Both the position numbers and the translations under genes were made by a program. 64,000 nucleotides of DNA from Salpingoeca rosetta (taxonomy: Eukaryota > Protista > Choanoflagellata), in assembly GCA_033442325.1 (NCBI GenBank), contig JAWQFM010000027.1:297017-361016 (forward strand). The letters are read 5' to 3'. This document shows, in pieces, positions 12,825 to 32,571 of this stretch; the stretch's first letter is position 1, and every line of letters starts with the position of its first letter. Under the pieces are notes generated by a model. It ran no database searches, was not told where the DNA came from, and worked only from the letters and a program-made list of their open reading frames with translations.

Positions 12825-13695
12825 TTTGGGTGGTGGTGTGCAGTGGGAAATGGCCGTTTCAAGAAGGAAGCGCGAGTTGGCGGGTGGTTGGAGGGGGCCT
12901 TTGCAAGTGCAATTCAGCGCTGCAACATGTGCCGTCGCGAGCTACAGCGGTTCTTGGGAAGGGTGCGTCTGCATTCCCGGTGGCCCACATTCGGCTGTAA
13001 TTGCACCTGCAATTGGCAAATCAGCTCCTTTCCCAGTCGGCCGCACCGCAAAACAACCAAAGCCCAAAGTGTCTGAGCAGACACCTCTAACTCATGTAAA
13101 CCAACCAACAACCCGGCCAGACGGAGACAGAGAGAAAGAGAGAGGGAGAGAAAGAGAGAGAAAGTATGCGTCCGTGTGTGTGTGCGTGTGCGTGACTTAA
13201 TAGGGCCCTGTTAACCGCCTGTGCGGGTTTTATTTGGTGTGACATTCCCTGCACGAGATCTTCTATATTGCTATTCAACCACATCAACACCCATGTCTCG
13301 AACTACAAAGACGCGTGCATCCTCAAACTAACACAGGATGCGCCCCACACACGTAGGTCCCTCCTAGTGTCATTCATATGCAGCAGAACACGTCACAGTG
13401 AGCGGGGTGTAACCGCAAACACACCACACACGCACCACCCCATATGGCGCACCATGTGCAAGCATGCGTGCACCCCGGTGTGGGCGGTCCAACACAAAAA
13501 CTGGCAATGCTACGCACCTCAGACTAACACATACTGGACAGGGCACGCACGGGCACCCATCGACACGGGTCACAAGTGCCACACTTCGTCGCAGTGAGTA
13601 GGAAGAGGTCACAAACAATGAACGCACACCCACGCCGTGTGGTACGCCTTGTGCGCAGTCTTACAAAGGTCTTGACGAACATTTGAGATTTCCTC

Positions 13696-20404
<6,709 letters not shown>

Positions 20405-20680
20405 CGTTGGAGTGGGGAGGGGTTGGTGGGTGAGGGCAGTGGGGTTGTGCAGTGTGGTGGGGAGGACGGGGTCGTTGCAAAAATGTTTTTTTGGGTCAGA
20501 CACGTTTTTCAACAGGGAGAATATTGGGTGTGTGGTGGGGAGCAATCTCAGGAGCGGTGAGTGGGCCACCGGGAATGCTCTTGGGGATGTCTCAAAACTC
20601 CCACTTTGCCTGTGAGAGCTTGCTGTGGATTTGTGGGTGCTACACTTTATCGTGTCGTATATAGATTCGCACGTGGCGAT

Positions 20681-20929
20681 ATGGTTGGCAAACCCAAACA
20701 GCGTGCGCAGCCAAACCTGCACCGTGCCCAGCGGGCTGTGCTGCATCTGATTGGGGAGGGCAAGCGAGCAAAGGGTGGTGATCGGGATGACGAGGCTCCC
20801 ACGGCTTCTGCTGCTGCTGCAACTGCAGTGGCTGGGGCCTCTGACAAAGCAAGGAGAAAGAAGAAAAACAACCCAAGAACCGGCTCAAGCAGCGCGTGCG
20901 TGTGTGTGCGTTTGAGTGTGTGAATGTGA

Positions 20930-20969
<40 letters not shown>

Positions 20970-22054
20970 TTGTGCGTATGCGAGAGTGTGTGTACACTTG
21001 TGTGTACGTACACTTGTGTGTGTGTGTGTGTGTCTGTCTGTCTGTGTACACTTGTGTGTGGCCGCGTGGTGTCCTCCCTTTAACTTGATCCCAACACTGA
21101 TCTCACACCCTGTTTCCCGCGCCGCGTTTGTTCTGCAGGCTGGCTGGCATTCGGTCTCGGAAGGAACAACGCAAACAGAAGCGTCTCTTGCTGAAACAGG
21201 TGCAGGGGCATGTGCATGTGCGTGGCTGGTGCTTTCCTGGTGCAGCTGGTACCGCAGTGTGCACGGTGTTGTTGCCTTCTGCTTAACTTGTATTTCGAGC
21301 GAGCTGTTTACACGGAGGTGTGGGTTGTGCATTTATTTTGAAGCGACACGCGGTCAAGCCGAAGCAGGACGGAGTGAAGCAAGACAGCAGCACCAGCAAG
21401 AAGAAAAAGAAGAAGAACAAGAAAAAGAAAAAGAAGACCCAGCAACAGCACGACAGCGAGGGTGGAGCTGACAAGCGAACGACACGACACAGCGATGCCG
21501 ACCTTGGCGACGACAACCCCGCAAAGCGAGCAAGTGAGCACTCGTTGACTGGCGTCGTGCATTTTTGCTGAGCAAGTCTCCCGTCCATATTATTGCTCAC
21601 TACAAGACATGGACGTATGTGTGTGTGCATGTTTGTGTCTGTGTGTTTGCATGTTTGTGTCTGTGTGTGTGCATGTTTGTGTCTGTGTGTGTGTGTGTGT
21701 GTGTGTGTCTGTGTGTACCTGCGTGCCTGCTACAGAAATGAATCCGCATCGAGAGGCCCTTCTTGAGCGATTGCAAGCTGCTGGTCTCATTGGTTCCAAC
21801 CCAGAAGGTACAACATCACGCGTGCCCACGTAGCTGTGCAATGGATTACAGTACAGCTTGTTGCATGTCCTCGTGCGCGATCTTGCGTCGCTCTGATTCT
21901 CCCTACATCCCCATATCCCTCATATCCGTCTATTATTCCCCGTGCTACGATGTCCCTTTGCAGATGAGAATGATGAGGACGACAAGACAATTCGCGAGAT
22001 GGAGAGGAGGCTCGGTGTCAAGAACAACAAAGGTGTGCGTTTTGTGCGTGTGTG

Positions 22055-22092
<38 letters not shown>

Positions 22093-25000
22093 TGTACGTT
22101 GGCGTGCCTGTTTGTTTCTCTGTGTGCACGTGTGTATAGCTGAAAAAAAGTCACGCGGTGCGAGTATGAGGTACTGAGAGTGTCAACTCACCACCATCAC
22201 CACCATCACCACAACCATCACCACAATCATCACCACAATCATCACCACCACGACTGCTGCTGGCGTTCGTATGTGCAGCTGCGACTGCGTTTTCCAAGGA
22301 TGATCCCCTGCGTGATCTGTTCCAGTTTGCAGACAAACTCACGGACGAGGTTGGAGATGGTGATGGCGATGATGACGACGCGTTATTGGACGACAACGGT
22401 GATGATGGTGATGATGATGATGGTGGTGTTGATTTGGATGAGCTGGAAGGGCTGGAAGGGCTGGAGGGTATTGATGATGAGGACGTGGAGCTGTTGGACG
22501 AGGAAGATGATAGTGGTGATCATGGTGATGGTGATGGTAATGATGATGATGATGATGATGATGATGCCAACAGCAGCGATGGTGAAGGCACTGGCGTGTC
22601 AACAGTCGTCAAGACAGACATCTACGGGCGACCGCTGGGCGAAGCATCCAACAGCAGCAGCGGTGGTGGAGGTGGAGGGAAGTACATTCCACCTGCACTG
22701 CGCCGCAAGATGCTCGCCACCGACGATGACGACAAAGGACAGCTTGGCAGACTCCTGCGGGGGCTCCTCAACAGGTGCTGCTGGTGGCGGTGGTGATGGT
22801 GATGATGGTGGTGGGATGATGATGATGGTGGTGTTGTTTGTGTGGTGAAATAGAAATGCATGCGACTGCTGAAGTCAGCCTTGTCATCACCATCATCACC
22901 ATTGTCAACCTCTCACTCCTGACAATCTCGCCCAACCATCACCATCCACCACCATTATCACCACCACCACCACCACCACCATCGCCACCATCACCACCAT
23001 CACCACCATCACCACCATCACCACCATCGTGGCCGCTGCAGGCTGAACGACTCCAACCTTGCGCCCCTGGTTGCGCAGATTGCGGATGTGTTTCGCTCCA
23101 ACAGCAGAAATCGCGCGTGCGGCGTCATCGCTCGATTTGTCATTGACGCCTGCGTTCGCCAGGGTGTGTTACATTGTGTCGTGTTGCGTTGTGTTGTGTT
23201 GCGTTGTGTTGTGCTGTGTTGCGTTGCGTTGTGTTGTGTTGTGTTGTGTTGCGTTGTGTTGTGTTGTGTTGTGTTGTGTTGTGTTGTTGTGTTGTGTTGT
23301 TGTGTGCGGCATCACGTTGCACGTGCCTATCCGCACCACAACCATCCCCTCGTCACCACCACCACCACCTCCTCCTCCTCCTCCTCCTTTTCACCACCTC
23401 CTCCTCACCACCACCTCCTCCTCACCACCACCATCACCACTACCTCCACCACCATCACCACCACCACCATCATGCCCGCTATCAGACCGGACGTTGGCGC
23501 ATCTCCTGCGCGTGTACGCCGCGACCATCGCTGCCCTCCACTCCATCATCGGCATGGAGGTCTGCCCTGCACCGTGAACTTGTGCATATGTGTGTTGCGT
23601 GTGTGTGCATATGTGTGTGCATGTCATGTGTGTTTGTTTTTGCCTGTGTGTGTGTGTGTGTGGTGCGTGTGCGTGTTGCCTACGATCGTCAAACGCTTTT
23701 CTCTCGCCTCTCCATATGACCACGTTGCCATCTGGAACACACACACACACCCACTCCCTTCTTCCCCCCTCACCCTCACCTCTGCTCTCCTTTCCTCCTC
23801 TTCGTTTCTTTCCTTCTTTCTTCCTCGTCTTCTCTCCCCATATACATCAGGTGACGGCCATGTTTCTGCAGTCTGCAATTGACAAGTTCAACGAGCTGTA
23901 CAAGCAGCAGCAGAAGAAACTCAGCAACATCGTCGAAGGTACGCACGATCACAAATGTGTGTGTGTGTGTGTGTGCGTGTGTGTTTGTGTGTGTGTGTGC
24001 GTGTGTGTGTGGGGGTGGGGGGTGGGTGTGCACCTGTGTGCTATCGCGGTCCACGCCATTTGTGGGATCGGCAGTCCACCATCACAGCGCACACACACCC
24101 AAGCACACCCAAGCACACCCGAGCCATCACATAACGTCATCACATCATCACGACAACAACAACAACAACAACAACAACCACGACGTGCAGACTCGAATGT
24201 GACTGCTGAAGAAATTGATGCGACACTGGACAAACGGGCCATCAACATTGCATCGCTCATTGCTCTCCTGTATCACTTCAACGCCGTCGACGCGTCATTC
24301 ATCTTCGACCTCCTCAAGTCAGTGCCATTTGGGGGTGGGGGAGCATGTGGTGGCATCAAAGCGTGGTGTGTGTGCGTGTGTGTCTGCGTGCGTGTGTGTG
24401 TATGTGCGTGCGTGTGTGTGTTCGTGTGTGTGTGTGTGTCGCTGCTGGTGAAAAGATGTTTGACTCGGCATTCACACTTCTAACTCCTGTTTGCGCGCGC
24501 ACACACACACACACATACACACCCTCTCATCCACTGCGCGCAGCATGTTCATGGGCGAGGGCGGGATGAGTGCGCTCGACATTGAGCTGATCCTGGAGGT
24601 GTTGCGGACGTGCGGTGCGAAGATGCGACACGAGGAGTCGCTCCATCTCCGCAACATTCTCCACGACATCAAGACGCGCGCCGCGGAGACCATAGGCACC
24701 ACCACGTGAGGCTTGTTCTTGTGTTTGTGTTGTGTTGTGTTGTGTTGTGTTGTGTTGTTCTTGTGGTGTGGTGTGTGTTTGTTTATTTGCGTAATGTGTA
24801 CATTTGTCTGTGCGTCTCTCGCCCTCACACACACTCGCGCATACTCACGGAAACGCGTCATCGTGTATGCAGATCACGCGTAAAGTTTATGCTGGAAGGG
24901 ATTCAGGACTTGCAGGCGAAGAAGTGGCTGATCCTGAAGGACAACAGGGAACAGCTCAAACCACTCGTGCTGGTGAGGATCAACGTGTGCGTGTGTGTGT

Positions 25001-26144
25001 ACGTGTGTAATGTGTGCAGAACAATAGGTCATGGATGATTCCTGACTTCCCTTCACACTTACACACTCACACACTCACACACACTTACACACACACTCAC
25101 TCACTCACTCACACACTTACACACACTCACTCACTCACACACTTACACACACTCACACACACACACACACACACACACACTTACGCAATCCCCCCCCAAA
25201 AAAACCACCACCGCCGCCACCAGGCGCTGCGGAGTTGTCTGCGGGTGCAGAGGGCGACTGCTGCCGATCCGCTCAAAGTTCCGCTGAAAGACGTGCTGGA
25301 GGCAGACACACGAGGTGATACATGATGGCGGTGGCACATGGTGATGGGCAGGATGGCGGTGGTGATTGTGGTGGCCCTTGTGACGATTTGCGTGTAGTTT
25401 TCTGTTGTAGTGCGTGCACAGTGCACCGTGTGTGGTGTAGCTGTATGTCAGCTTTTCAATTCGGTCGTGTGCTCGTGTTGACAAGTTCAGCCTGCCCTCG
25501 TTGTCCTCGTCACGCCCTGACAATGCCCGTTCGTGTTCCTGTCCTGCGTCATGTTGTGCCGTGTTGCTGCAGGCCGCTGGTGGCTCGTTGGTGCTGCATG
25601 GCACGGCCGAAACGACAGCACATCATCATCAACCAAGGGCAACAGTGGCCGCCATGCTGGTGATGATGACGATGATGACGATGACATTGGTGCTGATGGT
25701 GGTATGGGTAAAGGCAGTCTGATGGAGCTTGCTGCTGCACAGCGCATGAACACAGACGTAAGATCCGTGCCAGAGGATGTTTGTCTTTGTGTGTGTGTGT
25801 GTGTGTGTGCGTGTGTGGCTGTGTATGTGGTTGTGTGACACGCACACGTACTCTTCAACCTTCCGAAGATGCGAACACTGCTTTGTGAAGAGTTTGAGAC
25901 AGGTGTCTCATCTATTGGCTACATCTTTCCCCTCTCTTGTCCTCTCTTGTCCACACTGGTATCTGCTCGATGTCACCAGGAGAAAGCATTCAACCCGTAC
26001 TACGCTGTGCTGATTCACCACCTGTGCCAGCACTCGTTTGCCCACAAACATACCATGAAGGTGGGTTATTGCGCGCATGTGTGTGTGGACATGTTTGCGG
26101 TCAAACATATGAATGGGCGGGATGCGGAGCGTGATCGTGGCACA

Positions 26145-26203
<59 letters not shown>

Positions 26204-26707
26204 CAAATACACGCGCGCGTACATTTCACACACACACACACACAAACACACACAAACACACACATGTACACGTGACCACGCGCAGTTTTCGATGTGGGAC
26301 CGGTTCAAGCAAGTTGAAGGCATGGACGCGACGACGGTGGACAACATGCTGCGTCTGCTCGCATTCGTCATCGCAAAGGGATCGCTCAACTTGAGTGTTC
26401 TGCGGGTAAGCGAAGCACGGAATGATGCCTGTTTGGTGTGTGTGTGTGTGTGAACGTACATGTGCATGTGTGTGTGTGTGAACGTACATGTGCATGTGTG
26501 TGTGTGTGTGTTGGTGGCTCGTGGCAATGTTTGCACGACATCGTATCGTGCTGTTGCTGTTCTTTTGGAACTCCCTCAACAACCACCAACCACGCGTGCT
26601 CTCGATCCACTGTCAACAGGCTCTGCCCTTCACGACTCTTCCGCCACATCTCGTGTCGATGCTGCGAAAATTCTTTGCCATTCTTCTCACACAGTATTCC
26701 GAAGGTA

Positions 26708-26743
<36 letters not shown>

Positions 26744-27009
26744 TGTGTGTGTCTGTGTGTGTGTCTGTGTGTGTCTGTGTGTGTGTGCGTCTGTGTGTGT
26801 GTGCGTCTGTGTGTTGCTTTCCTCATATTGTCGTCCGTGCTGCCATGCACGCAAATTCATCGATCCCCCACTGCTGGAATTGCTGTCACGCCAACAACAG
26901 GTGCGGTGAAGAAAGTGTTTGAGGCGCTGAGCGGGAACGCCAACGCCGCCATCGTCAAGGACAGCATCGTCGTCTTCTTCGACCACTACATGACCAGAGA
27001 CCAGCTCGA

Positions 27010-27083
<74 letters not shown>

Positions 27084-27242
27084 CTTTGCTTGGTTGTTCA
27101 CTGATTTGTCTGATGCCCGCTTGCCATTTCGTGCTGACGAAACCACCCCCCCCCCTCCTCAACCCCAGGCGTCACCGATGACCCCGCACTGCTCTCCCAG
27201 CGGCTGAAACTTGCCAAGCAGAGTTGTATTCGTGACGAGTAA
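20681..27242 (+). CDS. NOM1: Nucleolar MIF4G/MA3 domain protein (NOM1/Sgd1), multi-exon
   Basis: EDDKTIREMERRLGV, TDIYGRP, GGKYIPPALRRK, LRGLLNRLNDSNL, SRVKFMLEGIQDL, GRWWLVGAAW, LAAAQRMNTD, EKAFNPYYA and FSMWDRFK are all present. Ends ...KQSCIRDE with TAA at 27240-27242. Confidence 0.9.
23185..23300. repeat. (GTGTT)n pentanucleotide microsatellite in a NOM1 intron
   Basis: Tandem GTGTT/GCGTT units. Confidence 0.9.
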
Positions 27243-27299
27243 ACGCACAAAGTAGCAAGTGGACATACACACACACACACGAACACACACACACACACG

Positions 27300-27363
<64 letters not shown>

Positions 27364-27710
27364 TACACACACACACAAAGAACAATGTGCAGATGAAGAG
27401 CACAGCACGCCCGTAGACTGACACGTGCATCAGTTCCACACAAGCAATGGCACGGTGAAAATGTTGGGTGCTCTGCTGCTGTGCAGCAGCGATGTGAATG
27501 TACGTCATGACATGTAACAAACCCAGTCACAGCATGAATTGAAAGATAGAGTAAATTAACCTGGGCAGGAAACACGATACGTCAGTAGCATGGCCGCACA
27601 AGCAAAATCATGGGTTCTGATAGATTAAGTTCAATGTGAGCAGGAGTTAGTTCGAGTATGTCATATTTGCAAAATAAAACATCAAGGCAATTGTCGTCTT
27701 CGTCATTCCA

Positions 27711-28878
27711 TTACTGCTTGCCTCCGCCGTGGGCGGCCTGTCCCCAAACCTGCGACTGTGGGGGTAGGCCTTGTTGCTCAGGGCCACCATCTCGGCGCCC
27801 TTGCGGCTGTGGCTGCAGTAGCTGGTGCGGCTGCAGCTGCTGCAGCTGCTGGTGTTGTTGCTGCTCTTGTTGGTGGTGTTGAGGCTTGCCAGCGCCAGTG
27901 ATCGGAGGGCCTCCGCTACGCGTGCGTTGGGCCGGTGCAGGCACAGCGTTGGGTTGAAGCGTCGGGGGAAGCTGCGTTGGCGCGTGTGGCGCGGTGCCCT
28001 CGTGCGTGTCTGCTTCTTGCTGGATGCCTTGAGTCTCCCGTGCCTGTTGGGCCGGTGATGACTGAGGCCAGCGCTGCTCTTCCTCGTCCGTGATGCCATC
28101 CTCGATGCGGCTGAAGCAACCTGTGGAGAATGAAGCGTAGAGGAGGAAGGGGTGGGTGGAAAACAATGTTTGCGGTGAGCGAAAGTAACAGAGCGCAGGA
28201 GCGCGTCATTCATGCACACGCACGCAGACATGGGCCGAGGGCTCTTCTTGCTTGCCTAACACACACACACACTCACACACACACATACACACATACACAC
28301 ACACTAACATACACGCACGCACGCACGCACACACGCACATCAAACTCACCCCTTTCCATGTAAGGTTCTGCCTCAAAGTGGTGTCCGTTGATTGGCTGTG
28401 CGGCGTTGAGGTCTTGCATGACAGCGTCGGCCGCATCGCGGGTGGCAAACGCCACGTACATGAGCCCATCAGAGCCACGTCCGAGCACCATGCCGTTGAG
28501 GGCGTTGACGGTGTCTGTGAACTTCTCAAGTCCTTTGGGCGGCACGTCCACCAGGACAATGAACCCGTGGTATGGGTCCAGGAGTTGGAACTCGTCGCGG
28601 GGCGAGCGCTGGTCGTGCTCAGCAGCACCGCGCTGGCTCACAAAGCTCTGGAGCCGCGGCGACGCATGGGAGCGCACGTGATATCGACGGAAAGCGTCAT
28701 ACGCCATCAGGGCCGTGTGCGCCGAAATGAACTCAAGGCGAACGGCACCGTTGGCGAGCGTCTCGATGTGCGGGCAATCGATGCTCTCATCGGTCAACGT
28801 CCTCTCAGCGGCTTCCCTGCAAGGAGCATCGACGATGATCAACAGCTGGTGACAGTCCACATATGGTGCTGGGCTCAT
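27711..28878 (-). CDS. Hypothetical protein with divergent RRM-like domain(s) and a Q-rich tail (two or more exons)
   Basis: Exon at about 28350-28878 contains FIVLVDVPP...LMYVAFATRDAADAVMQDLNAAQPINGHHF (RNP2/RNP1-like). It splices to a Q-rich exon at about 27711-28120. Confidence 0.55.
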
Positions 28879-29489
28879 CTGGCCTGGTGAGTGCTGGTGC
28901 TGGTGTTGGTGTGTATCTGCTTGGTAGTGTGGATGCGGTGTTAGGGTGCTCTCGCTCCTTCACACGCGTGGTTGCGGCATTTGACGCTTGGTTTGTCCGG
29001 AGGGCCTGTTATTTGAACCACGAGCGGCAAGAGAGTGAGCGAGCGAGCAATCAGCGACGATATATGATGCATGCGAAAGCAATAACATCTGTCAATGTAA
29101 GAATGTAAACACAACGCGTGTTGAAGCACATGCATGTTTACAATTGCTGCGGTAGTGGGAGAAACAAACAAAAAAAAGGATGGCATGATCTCCCACCCCA
29201 TTCGCAGCACTCCACCACCACCAACAACATGAATACAAAGGGTGTCCTTGTTGCAGGACCAAGCAAGGAGGGAGGACAGCCGGGCCACACACACAAACGT
29301 ACAAAGGAGATGATCGGTGTCAGCAATCGAAGGGCACAGGGGTTTGGTTGGTTGGTCTGGTTGATCTGGGCGGTTGGGTGGGTCGAGTGTTGCTTCTGTC
29401 TTTGCAGCAAAGATGGTGGCACATCAGAAATTTCGCTGTGTTATCTATTATTTTTCTACAACCGCACTGAACCACAAGAAGATGCAAAC

Positions 29490-29527
<38 letters not shown>

Positions 29528-29552
29528 ACACACAGACACACACACACACACA

Positions 29553-29585
<33 letters not shown>

Positions 29586-29630
29586 GCACACAAGCACACA
29601 CACACACACACAAGCACACAAGCACACACC

Positions 29631-32000
29631 ATGTCCATCTCGAGTGTGTCTGCCAGTGAGTGGGCGCTGATTGCAGCCCACCTAGTGCCAAGTGAGGACG
29701 CCAGGGACGACCACCACCACGTGTCCATTCTTGATGAAGCGGACGTTGACAAGCGTGCTGCTCAGCAAGCTCTGGGCCGAGCGTTCTTCAACCTCATGCT
29801 GACGTGCCGCGAGCTGTACCACGACCTCCCGTGGGCCATGCCAAAGTGGTGCCTGTCACGCGTCTACAACGGGAACAGGGCCGAAAGGGCGATTTTGCAC
29901 TGGCTCGACACGTTCCAATCGGACCTCCTGCCAGCAACCACAGCAACCGCAGCAGCCACAGCAACCGCAGCGACCACCAAGGCCACAACCACCAAGGCCA
30001 CAACCACTGCGTCCGCGCCAGCTGGCAGCACACGCAGCCCAAGTTCATTGCCGAAAGAGAAAAGCGCCATGGAGGGCGTTGCGTGGATGGAGAGCCGCTT
30101 CCTTGCGCACTGCTGGCTTGGGGCAAAGTTTGACAGCAAGTGCACGTTCCTGCGTGCGAGGCTGTCAACGCCTACATCGCCTGAGTTCTGGCACTCGTTT
30201 GGTCTCTGCGGCCACGTGATGTTTGGTACCTTGAATGAGCTCAAGTCTTGGTCAGCAACGCAGCAACAACAGCAACACCAACAACAACAACGACAACCAC
30301 AAGAACAACAGCGACAACCGCAACAACCACAGCAGCCACAACCGCAACAGCAACACGAGCACAAAACACACCAGCACCCACCGGAACACCAACGCCAGCA
30401 ACGACAGGACGCAGTCCTTGTTCCGCAAACTGCTGCCGTCTCAACACCACCCAAGAGCCAGCAAAAGGCGTCACAAGGTCCCTTGGCTCCAGCTTTGTAT
30501 TCTTTGAATTTGAACCTGACGCGTCAGGAAGACGTTGATTGCTTTCACCAGCTGCACACGAGGCTGCTCGCACGTGCAAGAGGAGACACCATGTTTGTGC
30601 TGACACGAGTCACAATACCCCTGCTAACGGTCAGCAACGTCAAGTACCTCACAATCAAGTCCTTCTCCAGGACCACAATCGACAGTCTCCACTTCCATGA
30701 TGTCGAGGAAGTGGAGTGGCACCCAACTGCTCTCCAACGTGCGATTTGCGGTACATTCCGGCACACGCGTCACGTGACGCTTCATGTCCCCTTCAGCCTG
30801 GATGACATCGCCGCGCTCGCGGGCGTGCCAGAGATTGAATTGTGGAGCAGCCGCTTGCTACAGCTGGAGCACATGGACGAAGCGCAGGAAACGAACATCG
30901 ACACAAGCGCAGCTACCGACGTCTCCCCACTGCGCGGAGCCCGACAGCTTGGCCTCCACGTCCTCCCCGTGCTCAACGAGGCGTCGTCCCTTGAAGCAGC
31001 ACAACGAGTGAGTCTCACAGATGTGGCACTGACAACAAATCGACTCGCCAATGCCACCAGCATCCGCCTGGCAAACATGAAGGTGATGCCAGACGTGCTG
31101 CATCTTCCCAAGGCTACGGAGATTGAGCTTGTCGAGTCTGACGTGAAGCAAATCACGTGCCCAGCCCACCTTGACCGCCTGTATATCCACAATGGAGGCA
31201 GCGATGCCACCTTGCCAATCCCTTCGTTTGAGTTCGCCAAGGAGGTCCAGCTCAAGCTCTTCTCTCTGGCACGGGAGCAGCTGGCTGACCTTGGTAGCCG
31301 CGTCGACACGCTGGTGCTGCATGCGTGCGTCAGGAACATGAGCGACCTGCATGTCATTCCAGACCACGTGCACGTGTGCGTGTCGATGGGCATGCGCGAG
31401 TTGAATGTCGACGTCCCCGCACCACCGTGCGTGCAGGAGCTGCAATGCTTGAGGAGAGCTGATTTTCCTATCCACCATGTGGCGCACGTGCCACGCCTGA
31501 CACTCCCCAGCACCAGTTCTGGCGCTCCCATCCGCGACCTCTATCTTCTCTCCAACCGCCAGCGCCTGTCGCTTGAAGGCTGTACCGTGGAAGGAGAGAT
31601 CACGGGCTGTCGCAGTCTGTTCCTCCGAGCATGTCGTGGCGCTGCCACTGTCACCGCCACGCATTACTTGTCTGTTCTTCGCGGTGCGATTGCTTCGGAA
31701 CAGGCGGGCGATGATGTGTTTCCCAAGCTTCGGCTCGCACGTGTGCGGGACGTGTCCGCGTGCCACCTGGACTCTTGCAGTATCCAAGACTTTGCCTGCA
31801 TGCAGAACGTGCAGCGGCTCGTGCTAAGGAACTGCACGTTTGATAGCGTGGACACCCTCCCACCAGTGGCCTCACTTCGCATGCTCAACTGCACCACAAG
31901 TGACAAGGAGTGGGCGTGGCCATGGCTGGTCCTCATTAACCGGACTCCAGAGGAAATGCGGCATGTCTTGCTTGCAGGCAAGAAGCACCGGCGACGCTGA
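29631..32000 (+). CDS. Intronless F-box-like plus degenerate leucine-rich-repeat protein (about 789 aa)
   Basis: ATG at 29631 follows a (CA)n tract. N-terminus SEWALIAAHL...FNLMLTCRELY is F-box-like. C-terminal repeats: DDIAALAGVPEIEL, DVSPLRGARQLGL, IRDLYLLSNRQRLSLEGC, IQDFACMQNVQRLVLRNC. Confidence 0.7.
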   Translation: MSISSVSASEWALIAAHLVPSEDARDDHHHVSILDEADVDKRAAQQALGRAFFNLMLTCRELYHDLPWAMPKWCLSRVYNGNRAERAILHWLDTFQSDLLPATTATAAATATAATTKATTTKATTTASAPAGSTRSPSSLPKEKSAMEGVAWMESRFLAHCWLGAKFDSKCTFLRARLSTPTSPEFWHSFGLCGHVMFGTLNELKSWSATQQQQQHQQQQRQPQEQQRQPQQPQQPQPQQQHEHKTHQHPPEHQRQQRQDAVLVPQTAAVSTPPKSQQKASQGPLAPALYSLNLNLTRQEDVDCFHQLHTRLLARARGDTMFVLTRVTIPLLTVSNVKYLTIKSFSRTTIDSLHFHDVEEVEWHPTALQRAICGTFRHTRHVTLHVPFSLDDIAALAGVPEIELWSSRLLQLEHMDEAQETNIDTSAATDVSPLRGARQLGLHVLPVLNEASSLEAAQRVSLTDVALTTNRLANATSIRLANMKVMPDVLHLPKATEIELVESDVKQITCPAHLDRLYIHNGGSDATLPIPSFEFAKEVQLKLFSLAREQLADLGSRVDTLVLHACVRNMSDLHVIPDHVHVCVSMGMRELNVDVPAPPCVQELQCLRRADFPIHHVAHVPRLTLPSTSSGAPIRDLYLLSNRQRLSLEGCTVEGEITGCRSLFLRACRGAATVTATHYLSVLRGAIASEQAGDDVFPKLRLARVRDVSACHLDSCSIQDFACMQNVQRLVLRNCTFDSVDTLPPVASLRMLNCTTSDKEWAWPWLVLINRTPEEMRHVLLAGKKHRRR

Positions 32001-32251
32001 CGGCGGCGGACGCGGTGGGGTTTGGCTGTGATGCGTGGTGTTGGGTTGTGGGTGTTGTGGTGGTGGTAGTGTGGTGCGCGGCTAGGAAGTCTTAGTGCAA
32101 GCGACCTTTGCTTGACGTGCGTTTGCTTTTGCTCATGGCCCTGTCATTGCTGACATTGCAGGGCGGCAGTGCTGACGCGAAGGAAAGGAGCTGACTGAGA
32201 CTATTAAGCGGCGCCACAGGGTGGCGTGGTGGAAAGGGCGGTCTCAACCGC

Positions 32252-32387
<136 letters not shown>

Positions 32388-32571
32388 GGGCGTACATCTT
32401 GCGGGTTGATATTTCGTGTTTGTCTTTGCACTGGTGTTGAAACGATACACAAGAATGAGCAGGAATGAACGATGATACTACCAGCAATGAACAGAGTGAA
32501 AGAACGCGAGCTGGAGGACATGCAAACGTAGCAAACAAACACACAAACATGCAAGGTGAAAGCAGGCGCAA

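Noticed and set aside
13197-13214. TTAA-flanked palindrome-like TTAATAGGGCCCTGTTAA as a piggyBac/Kolobok terminus
   Set aside because: No convincing inverted partner was found, and the adjacent transposase is MULE-type.
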